Assembly: GCA_963674705.1 (NCBI GenBank)
Contig: OY771506.1
Coordinates: 3,616,001-3,680,000, forward strand
Origin: Phycisphaeraceae bacterium
GTDB taxonomy: Bacteria; Planctomycetota; Phycisphaerae; Phycisphaerales; Phycisphaeraceae
Reading direction: 5' to 3'
DNA length: 64,000 nucleotides
How positions within the stretch are numbered: the first letter of the stretch is position 1; the number at the start of each line of letters is the position of its first letter. Shown one piece after another: positions 56,989 to 64,000 of the stretch. A program made the translations under genes and the position numbers. Below the pieces are notes generated by a model that searched no databases, was not told where the DNA came from, and worked only from the letters and a program-made list of their open reading frames with translations.

Positions 56989-57107
56989 TCTTAGGTGACA
57001 GTGGTCTGATAAAAAGATAGACTCCCCATTGCTTTATTGCCGACTTATGTCTCAGGTCGGGCGGACATGCTCAGGGCGGATGGACCAAGTTCAGGAGAGA
57101 TGCGCCG

Positions 57108-59498
57108 GTGACAGCCTCACAGACATTGGATGCAACCCCGGATTCACCGGGCAAGCTCGAAAAATTTACCTATGACGACAAGATCGTGAGGGCATTCCTC
57201 CTTGCGACCATTGTCTGGGCCCTGGTCGCGTTCCTCGTCGGCATCATCGCCGCGATCGAACTGGCCTTCCCCGAAGCCAGCATGGGCATCCCGTACATCA
57301 CGTTCGGACGCCTCCGACCGCTGCACACCAACGCCGCCATATTCGCCTTCGCCGGCAACACCATCTTCGCGGGTATCTACTACTCCACCCAGCGCCTCTG
57401 TAAAGCGCGGATGGCCAGCGACCTGCTCAGTTGGCTTCACTTCTGGGGCTGGCAACTCATCATCGTCTCCGCTGCGCTCACGCTGCCGCTGGGTATCACC
57501 CAGAGCAAGGAATACGCCGAGCTCGAATGGCCCATCGACATCGCCATCGCTGTCGTCTGGCTCGTTTTCTTCGGCGGCAACTTCTTCTGGACGCTCGCCA
57601 AACGCCGCGAACGACACCTCTACGTCGCACTGTGGTTCTACATCGCTACGATCGTCACCGTCACGATCCTGCACGTATTCAATAACCTCTGGTTCCCGCT
57701 GGTTGCCACCGGCAAGCCCGGCACGTTCTTCGGCTACCTCAAGAGCTACCCCGTCTACGCAGGCGTCCAGGACGCGTTCATGCAGTGGTGGTACGGCCAC
57801 AACGCCGTTGCCTTCTTCCTCACCACCCCGTTCCTCGGCCTCATGTACTACTTCATGCCCAAGGCCGCCGACCGCCCCGTCTTCAGCTACAAGCTCTCCA
57901 TCCTGCACTTCTGGTCACTGGTCTTCATCTACATCTGGGCCGGCCCGCACCACCTGCACTACACCGCGCTTCCTGAATGGGCCTCCACCCTCGGCATGAT
58001 CTTCAGCCTCATGCTATGGATGCCAAGCTGGGGCGGCATGATCAACGGCCTGCTTACCCTCCGCGGCGCCTGGCACAAGGTCGCCACCGATCCGATCCTC
58101 AAGTTCTTCGTCGTCGCCGTCACGTTCTACGGCATGAGCACCTTCGAAGGGCCCATGCTCTCCATCAAGAGCGTCAACGCACTATCGCACTACACCGACT
58201 GGACCATCGCACACGTCCACGCCGGCGCACTGGGCTGGAACGGGTTCATGGCCTTCGGCATGATGTACTTCCTGCTGCCGCGACTCTTCCAGACCAAACT
58301 CTTCAGCAAGCAACTCGCCGAGCTGCACTTCTGGCTCGCGACCGTTGGCATCCTGCTCTACATCATCCCGATCTACGTCGCCGGCATCACGCAGGGCCTC
58401 ATGTGGCGCGGCATGACCGACCAGGGCCAACTGCTTTACCCCGACTTCGTCGAGACCGTCACGCACATCGTCCCGATGTACTACCTGCGAATCCTCGGCG
58501 GCCTCTGCTACTTCGGCGGCGCCGCCATCGGTTTCTACAACTACATCATGACCTGGAAGGCTCGCCCCGAGAAGTACGAAGAGCCCGTCCACCAGGCCCC
58601 GGCGCTCAGCGCCACCTACGACGACGGCCCGCCGCCTCATTCTCGTCTCAAGGGTGTCACCGACCTCGGGCACAAGATCGACATCTTCATGCAGATGAAG
58701 TGGCACCGCCGATGGGAACGGCTCATGGTTACCTTCACCATTTGGGTCATCATCTCCGTCTCCGTCGCCTCGCTGTTTGAAATCATCCCCACGTTCCTGA
58801 TCCGCTCGAACGTGCCGACGATCGCAACCGTCACGCCTTACACGCCGTTGGAACTCGCCGGCCGGGATATCTACGTCTCCGAGGGCTGCTACAACTGCCA
58901 CTCGCAGATGATCCGACCGATGTTCCACGAAACCAAGCGCTACGGCGAATACTCCAAGCCCGGCGAATCCGTCTACGACCACCCGTTCCAGTGGGGCTCA
59001 CGCCGCATCGGTCCGGACCTGGCGCGTGAAGGCGGCAAGCAGTCGCCTTACTGGCACGTCATCCACTTCCGCAATCCACGTCTGCTCGTTGAGCAGTCCA
59101 TCATGCCCGAGTACTCCTGGCTCGAGAAGAAGGACGTCGACATCAAATCGATCCCACTCCGCGTCAAGGCCAACCGCATGATCGGCGCGGACTACGACGA
59201 CGAGGATGTGCAAAACGCGATCGAGCACGCCATGGCTCAAGCCGAACTCATCGCCGGCAAGATCAAGGAAGGTGCCGGCGGCGATACGACCATCGAAGGG
59301 CTTGTCATCAACAAAGACGGTAAGCAGCAGATCAAGGAAGTCGTCGCCGTGATCGCCTACCTGGAGCGGCTCGGTGTCGATTTGTTTAAGACGCCGGATG
59401 AACCCGCCACCGAAGAAGCGGAAACCGAAACCGCAGATCAGGATCAGGATGTGTCCCAGCCCGTCGGTGAACCCACCGCGATGAGGGCCGACGGATGA
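57108..59498 (+). CDS. ccoN: cbb3-type cytochrome c oxidase, fused subunits I/II (CcoN-CcoO)
   Basis: FGRLRPLHTNA, QWWYGHNAV, WAGPHHLHYT and HVHAGALGW; then EGCYNCHSQMIRP and WGSRRIGPDLAR. Confidence 0.97.
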   Translation: MTASQTLDATPDSPGKLEKFTYDDKIVRAFLLATIVWALVAFLVGIIAAIELAFPEASMGIPYITFGRLRPLHTNAAIFAFAGNTIFAGIYYSTQRLCKARMASDLLSWLHFWGWQLIIVSAALTLPLGITQSKEYAELEWPIDIAIAVVWLVFFGGNFFWTLAKRRERHLYVALWFYIATIVTVTILHVFNNLWFPLVATGKPGTFFGYLKSYPVYAGVQDAFMQWWYGHNAVAFFLTTPFLGLMYYFMPKAADRPVFSYKLSILHFWSLVFIYIWAGPHHLHYTALPEWASTLGMIFSLMLWMPSWGGMINGLLTLRGAWHKVATDPILKFFVVAVTFYGMSTFEGPMLSIKSVNALSHYTDWTIAHVHAGALGWNGFMAFGMMYFLLPRLFQTKLFSKQLAELHFWLATVGILLYIIPIYVAGITQGLMWRGMTDQGQLLYPDFVETVTHIVPMYYLRILGGLCYFGGAAIGFYNYIMTWKARPEKYEEPVHQAPALSATYDDGPPPHSRLKGVTDLGHKIDIFMQMKWHRRWERLMVTFTIWVIISVSVASLFEIIPTFLIRSNVPTIATVTPYTPLELAGRDIYVSEGCYNCHSQMIRPMFHETKRYGEYSKPGESVYDHPFQWGSRRIGPDLAREGGKQSPYWHVIHFRNPRLLVEQSIMPEYSWLEKKDVDIKSIPLRVKANRMIGADYDDEDVQNAIEHAMAQAELIAGKIKEGAGGDTTIEGLVINKDGKQQIKEVVAVIAYLERLGVDLFKTPDEPATEEAETETADQDQDVSQPVGEPTAMRADG

Positions 59499-59722
59499 TC
59501 AAGGATGTCCTGCAAAGCGGAAACTACGGCCTGTTCACGCAGATCGCGCTGGTGCTGTTCTTCCTCGCCTTCGTGGTCCTGCTCGTCATCAACTTCCTGC
59601 GCCCGCGAAGCCAGACCGACAAGATCGCTCGCCTGCCGCTTGAAGACGACGACAACATCACACCCATCACCCCAAGGACCGCCGAACCGATCGGCAACGG
59701 GCAGGGAGACCATAATCAATGA
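59495..59722 (+). CDS. ccoQ: cbb3 oxidase subunit CcoQ-like
   Basis: Small single-TM ORF with ARLPLED, between ccoNO and ccoP. Confidence 0.8.
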   Translation: MIKDVLQSGNYGLFTQIALVLFFLAFVVLLVINFLRPRSQTDKIARLPLEDDDNITPITPRTAEPIGNGQGDHNQ

Positions 59723-60342
59723 GTGATGCCCCAACCACACCTGAAGTCTATGAAGACCCGTTGACCGATCACGAGTACGACGGCATACGTGAGTTCGACA
59801 ACCCCACGCCGGGTTGGTGGAACTGGCTGTTCATCGCTTCGATCATCTTCGCGATCTTCTACTTTGTCGCCCACCACATCGGCACCGCCGGTATCAGCGT
59901 CGAACAGGCTTATGAAAACCAGAAGAGCGAGGTCAGCAAGCGCATGCTCGCGCTGCTCGGTGACCTGCCGGTGAATGAAGAAACGATCATCGCCAACCAG
60001 AAAAACCAGGACCTTCTAGCGGTCGGCGCGGGTATCTTCCAGACGAATTGCGTTTCTTGCCATGGCAAGGAAGCCCAGGGTTTAGTCGGGCCGAATCTGA
60101 CCGATGACAAATACAAGAACGTGAAAACCATCGGCGATATCGGCGAGGTCTTGGTTAACGGTGCGAACAACGGCGCCATGCCTGCGTGGGGGAACAGGTT
60201 ACCCTCCACCGAAATCGTCGCTGTGTCGGTGTATGTCGCTTCACTGCGCGGCCAGAACCTGCAGGGTGTCTCAATCCAAGGTGAAGAACAAATCGCTCCG
60301 TGGCCCGCTCCGCCCGCGCAGCCGGTGGAAAACGCCGAATAA
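59719..60342 (+). CDS. ccoP: cbb3 oxidase subunit III (short, single haem)
   Basis: DHEYDGIREFDNPTPGWW, CVSCH, GPNLTD and MPAW motifs. Confidence 0.92.
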   Translation: MSDAPTTPEVYEDPLTDHEYDGIREFDNPTPGWWNWLFIASIIFAIFYFVAHHIGTAGISVEQAYENQKSEVSKRMLALLGDLPVNEETIIANQKNQDLLAVGAGIFQTNCVSCHGKEAQGLVGPNLTDDKYKNVKTIGDIGEVLVNGANNGAMPAWGNRLPSTEIVAVSVYVASLRGQNLQGVSIQGEEQIAPWPAPPAQPVENAE

Positions 60343-60387
60343 CCCGGCCTAGAATCGGGCCCGAAACCACGAACATGGAACGCAACG

Positions 60388-61821
60388 GTGAGTAACCTGA
60401 TCGAGCCCGAAGAACGCGTCCTCTCGACGCTGGAGAAAGACGGTTCAAGACGTTGGCTGTACCCGAGGTTGTCGCAAGGCAACTTCCTGCTCAAGCGACG
60501 CATCGTTGCCTACGCGCTGATCCTGATCTTCACGCTCATCCCGTATATCAAGCTCAACGGCAAACCGCTGATCCTGCTCGATGTCATCAACCGTGAATTC
60601 ACGATCCTCGGTTACACCTTCCTGCCGACCGACACGATCCTGCTTGCCTTGTTCATCGTCGCGGTGATCGTCGGTATCTTCCTGATGACCGCGCTGTTCG
60701 GCCGCGTCTGGTGCGGCTGGGCCTGCCCCCAGACCGTCTACATGGAATTCGTCTATCGCCCGATCGAACGCTTATTTGAAGGCACGAAAGGCAAGGGCGG
60801 TAAACCTCGCGGACAGGTCGAAGGCTGGCGCAAAATCGCCAAGTTCGTCGTCTACTTCTTTGTCTCCACCTTCCTCGCGCATACCTTCATCGCTTACTTC
60901 GTCGGCGTCGACAATCTGATCAAGTGGATGACCGGTTCGCCTTTTAATCACCCCGTCGCGTTCCTCGTCATGGCGGCTGTCACCGCGCTGATGATGTTCG
61001 ACTTCGGCTACTTCCGTGAACAAACCTGCATCATCGCCTGCCCCTACGGACGCTTACAGTCCGTCATGCTCGACCGCCAATCACTGATCGTCACCTACGA
61101 CAAGAACCGCGGCGAACCTAGAGGCAAAGTACGCAAAGGCGAAGCGGACGACAAAGGTGATTGTGTTGACTGTCACTTGTGTGTCGACACCTGTCCGACC
61201 GGCATCGACATCCGTGACGGCCTGCAACTGGAATGCATCGGCTGCGCCCAGTGTATCGACGCCTGCGCCCCCGTCATGGCAAAGCTCGGCCGCGATCCCG
61301 GCCTCATCCGCTACAGCACGCAAGCAACCATGGAAGGGCAGAAGCAACGCTTCATCCGCCCACGCGTCATCTTCTACCCCGCGATCATGCTGATCGTCAT
61401 CACCTTGTTCAGCGTGTTGTTCTTCAACAAGGGAACAGCAGATGTATTGATGCTGCGCAACTTCGGCAATCCATACACCGTGTTGGAAGATGGACAGATC
61501 GCAAACTCGATGCGCTTGAAGATAACAAACCGTACTGGTGATACTGCAAGCTACACCATTGCGCCGGCCGACGAACGCATTACGCGTATCGACCTTGCAG
61601 AGAACCCTGTGCAAGTTGAGTCCGGCGAATCGGTTACCGAAGGCGTACTGGTTGTCGTACCACGTTCCGTGTTCACCGTCGGCGCGATCGATGTGAACCT
61701 GCGTGTAACGGATGGCAACGACTACGATGAGATGATCCACTGCCGCTTGTTGGGCCCTGTAGGTTCAGCGTCGGCAACAGTTTCGGTTGAGACTGAGGAA
61801 GAAGCGGAGATGCAGCCGTGA
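60388..61821 (+). CDS. ccoG: cbb3 accessory 4Fe-4S protein CcoG/FixG
   Basis: GRVWCGWACPQT, CPYGRLQS, CVDCHLCVDTCPTGIDIR and CIGCAQCIDAC motifs. Confidence 0.95.
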   Translation: MSNLIEPEERVLSTLEKDGSRRWLYPRLSQGNFLLKRRIVAYALILIFTLIPYIKLNGKPLILLDVINREFTILGYTFLPTDTILLALFIVAVIVGIFLMTALFGRVWCGWACPQTVYMEFVYRPIERLFEGTKGKGGKPRGQVEGWRKIAKFVVYFFVSTFLAHTFIAYFVGVDNLIKWMTGSPFNHPVAFLVMAAVTALMMFDFGYFREQTCIIACPYGRLQSVMLDRQSLIVTYDKNRGEPRGKVRKGEADDKGDCVDCHLCVDTCPTGIDIRDGLQLECIGCAQCIDACAPVMAKLGRDPGLIRYSTQATMEGQKQRFIRPRVIFYPAIMLIVITLFSVLFFNKGTADVLMLRNFGNPYTVLEDGQIANSMRLKITNRTGDTASYTIAPADERITRIDLAENPVQVESGESVTEGVLVVVPRSVFTVGAIDVNLRVTDGNDYDEMIHCRLLGPVGSASATVSVETEEEAEMQP

Positions 61822-62363
61822 GTGAGCAAGGCGCGACAGATCCGAAGCCGCAACAGCCCGGCAAACCGCCTAAGTACTGGATCTGGCCGGCGATTATCGT
61901 CGGTCTGCTGGCGGTTCATACGCTTGCCATGCTGATCGTCATCATGATCGCGACGAACAACCCGTCCGAAGCGGTTGTCAGCGACTATCACGCCAAGGCG
62001 GTCGCCTGGGATGAGCATCAAGCGCAAGTCCGTGCCAGTGAAGCACTTGGCTGGACTGTTGCGGTCGAAGCCTCCCCACAGCCGGACCTGTTGAACCAGC
62101 GGACTGTGCGAATCAGTCTCAAAGATGCAGATGCAAATTCGTTGACCGATGCCAAAGTGCATCTCAAAGCGTATCATCATGCACGGGCTGCGGACATCAA
62201 GGAAGCGGATGTCGAAGAACGCGCGCCCGGTGAGTACATCGTGATGATCGACATGCGGCGTAACGGCATGTGGGCGTTCGAGATAGAAGCGCACAAAGAT
62301 GAAGACACCTTCATCACGCGCATCGATCAACAGGTCGGCCCGACCAAGTACGGCACGCCATGA
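61818..62363 (+). CDS. ccoH: FixH/CcoH-family protein
   Basis: N-terminal TM (WPAIIVGLL), DYHAKAVAW and GEY..G.W; operon position. Confidence 0.8.
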   Translation: MSEQGATDPKPQQPGKPPKYWIWPAIIVGLLAVHTLAMLIVIMIATNNPSEAVVSDYHAKAVAWDEHQAQVRASEALGWTVAVEASPQPDLLNQRTVRISLKDADANSLTDAKVHLKAYHHARAADIKEADVEERAPGEYIVMIDMRRNGMWAFEIEAHKDEDTFITRIDQQVGPTKYGTP

Positions 62364-63166
62364 CCCTTTCCATCTTCGCCATCCTGATCGCCAGCCTCGT
62401 CGGCAGCCTGCATTGTGTAGGCATGTGCGGCGCGTTCGTCGCCTTCGCGGTCGGCACGGATGATAAGCCCGGTTGGCGCAATAAGTTCCTGTTATCCGCT
62501 GCGTACAACGGCGGACGCCTGGTCACCTACAGCATCCTCGGCGCGATCGCCGGCACACTCGGCCACGTCCTGGACCTCGGCGGGAAGTACGTCGGCATCC
62601 AGCAAGCCGCCGCGATCATGGCGGGCGTCGTCATGATCGTGTTCGGAATCGTTGCCTTACTTAAAGTTAAAGGCGTTCGGCTTCCCAAAACGCCGCTGCC
62701 GAAGTTCCTGGTAAAGATTGTTGCGCTAGGACAAGGCCTGGCCATGGCGATGCGACCGCTGCCCCGGGCGCTGACCATCGGCTTGCTGACGACGCTTCTA
62801 CCTTGTGGCTGGCTCTATGCTTACGCGTTTGTGGCGGCGGGCACGGGCAGCCCGGTGTACGGCGCGTTGACCATGGCGATCTTCTGGCTGGGCACGTTGC
62901 CTTATCTTGTCGCCGTGGGTGTCGGGGTGCAGAGTCTGGCCGGTGTGTTAGGCAGGCATCTGCCGGCGGCGACCGCCATATTGATTGTGCTGGTAGGGAT
63001 TTACACCGTCTTCTATCGGCTGGATCTATCCAACGCGGTCTACGCCCAGACCGACCAGGTGGATTATGAATCGCTGACGCCTGAAGAAGCCGCCGAATTA
63101 AATCAGCGGATGATCAGTGAATTGCCACCCTGTTGTGTCACCGATGACGAATCCAAACAAGACTGA
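62360..63166 (+). CDS. DsbD_2/TauE-like membrane protein of cco operons
   Basis: GSLHCVGMCG, YNGGRLVTY, LLPCGWLY and FWLGTLP motifs. Confidence 0.88.
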   Translation: MTLSIFAILIASLVGSLHCVGMCGAFVAFAVGTDDKPGWRNKFLLSAAYNGGRLVTYSILGAIAGTLGHVLDLGGKYVGIQQAAAIMAGVVMIVFGIVALLKVKGVRLPKTPLPKFLVKIVALGQGLAMAMRPLPRALTIGLLTTLLPCGWLYAYAFVAAGTGSPVYGALTMAIFWLGTLPYLVAVGVGVQSLAGVLGRHLPAATAILIVLVGIYTVFYRLDLSNAVYAQTDQVDYESLTPEEAAELNQRMISELPPCCVTDDESKQD

Positions 63167-63218
63167 TCCCCGGGAAGCTTCGCAACCGCCGCTTGACGCT
63201 GCGCCGGATAGTACGCTT

Positions 63219-64000
63219 GTGTCAAACGACGCGCAAGATATCCACCACTCAACGGGCGCACAGTCCTGTCGTGTTTATACCCCGTGCGCACACTGCGGGC
63301 TGCCGGTTCCCAAGGGTCGGATCGATCCCGAGGCCGAGGATGGATTGCAATTCTGTTGCGGCGGGTGCGAAGCGGTCTACGCGGTCATCAACAAGCTCGG
63401 ATTAAGTTCTTACTACAAGCTGCGGCAGAAGCAGGAGGTCGAACAACAACCTGCCAAGACGACCGGCGCGGGTTACCAGGCGTTTGATCATCCGGAATTC
63501 ATCGAGCGCTGCTGCGAAGATCGCGCGGATGGATCAAGGACAACGAGTTTCTATCTTGAAGGTGTGCACTGCGCTGCGTGTTTGTGGTTGGTTGAGAAGT
63601 TGCCGACGGTTGTGCCGGGCGTGATCGAGTCGCGGCTGAACATGGGTAAGTCGCTTGTGCGATTGACGTGGGACCCGAAGCAGGTCGAGTTATCGAAGAT
63701 CGCTGCGGCGCTTGATTCACTGGGTTATCCGCCGCATCCGGCGCGCGATGTGCAGGCGGATGCGGTGGTGACGCGCGAGAATCGGCGTGAGCTGATACGC
63801 ATCGCCGTGGCAGGGTCAGCGATGGGCAACGCGATGATCCTGGCGATCTGCCTTTATCAAGGCTACTTCACGGGGATCGAAGATCAGTATGCAACACTAT
63901 TCCGTTGGGTTGGGATGGGTTTAGCGCTCGTTGCATTAGTATGGCCCGGCGCGGTTTTCTTCCGGGGCGCGTGGTCTGCGATACGCACGCGCACCGCACA
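63219..64000 (+). CDS. ccoI: Cu-translocating P1B ATPase CcoI/FixI, 3'-truncated by the window end
   Basis: The frame from GTG 63219 (absent from the ORF track) gives CAHCGLPVP, FCCGGCEAVY and the HMA motif GVHCAACVWLVE, then TM helices. Confidence 0.88.
   Translation, partial: MSNDAQDIHHSTGAQSCRVYTPCAHCGLPVPKGRIDPEAEDGLQFCCGGCEAVYAVINKLGLSSYYKLRQKQEVEQQPAKTTGAGYQAFDHPEFIERCCEDRADGSRTTSFYLEGVHCAACLWLVEKLPTVVPGVIESRLNMGKSLVRLTWDPKQVELSKIAAALDSLGYPPHPARDVQADAVVTRENRRELIRIAVAGSAMGNAMILAICLYQGYFTGIEDQYATLFRWVGMGLALVALVWPGAVFFRGAWSAIRTRTA

Noticed and set aside
56990..57107. FNR box upstream of ccoN
   Set aside because: No TTGAT-N4-ATCAA match was found.
57108..60342. CcoN-CcoO fusion and single-haem CcoP as novelties
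   Set aside because: Both are known variants of cbb3 operons outside Proteobacteria.

Overview
A GC-rich bacterial chromosomal window. The taxon is inferred to be Planctomycetota, probably Phycisphaerae, from the dockerin-like + PEP-CTERM tails, the fused ccoNO and the S12 sequence. From left to right it holds: the 3' end of a possible mobile-element gene with an AT-rich, inverted-repeat-dense tail; a nine-gene coupled minus-strand operon (HEAT, TPR, ExbB, two ExbD, TonB-like VWA, and a three-gene Fe(III)-family ABC importer) divergent from a five-haem cytochrome; LPS core genes (gmhB fusion, waaF, GT4); rpsL-rpsG without fusA; a VOC-fold putative dioxygenase; a PEP-CTERM glycosidase; a clear SAM-I riboswitch heading a ThrC-like / sulfur carrier / NIL / GNAT / MoeB / DinB x2 / cysteine desulfurase cluster; a porin-like gene with a sigma-54 promoter; housekeeping genes (trpE, folE2, hsp20-lon, pduO, rluD-like, flagellin); a REP-flanked AT-rich islet; a 1510-aa ORF fusing an ABC exporter half-transporter to a secretin via an internal signal-peptide-like segment; an outer-membrane barrel gene; and a cbb3 oxidase operon running off the window end. 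The best candidates for undescribed biology are the ABC-secretin fusion, the ExbBD/TonB-like-VWA/ABC operon and the riboswitch-controlled sulfur-carrier operon. No rRNA, tRNA, CRISPR array or transposase was recognised. All calls come from reading motifs by eye; no searches were run.
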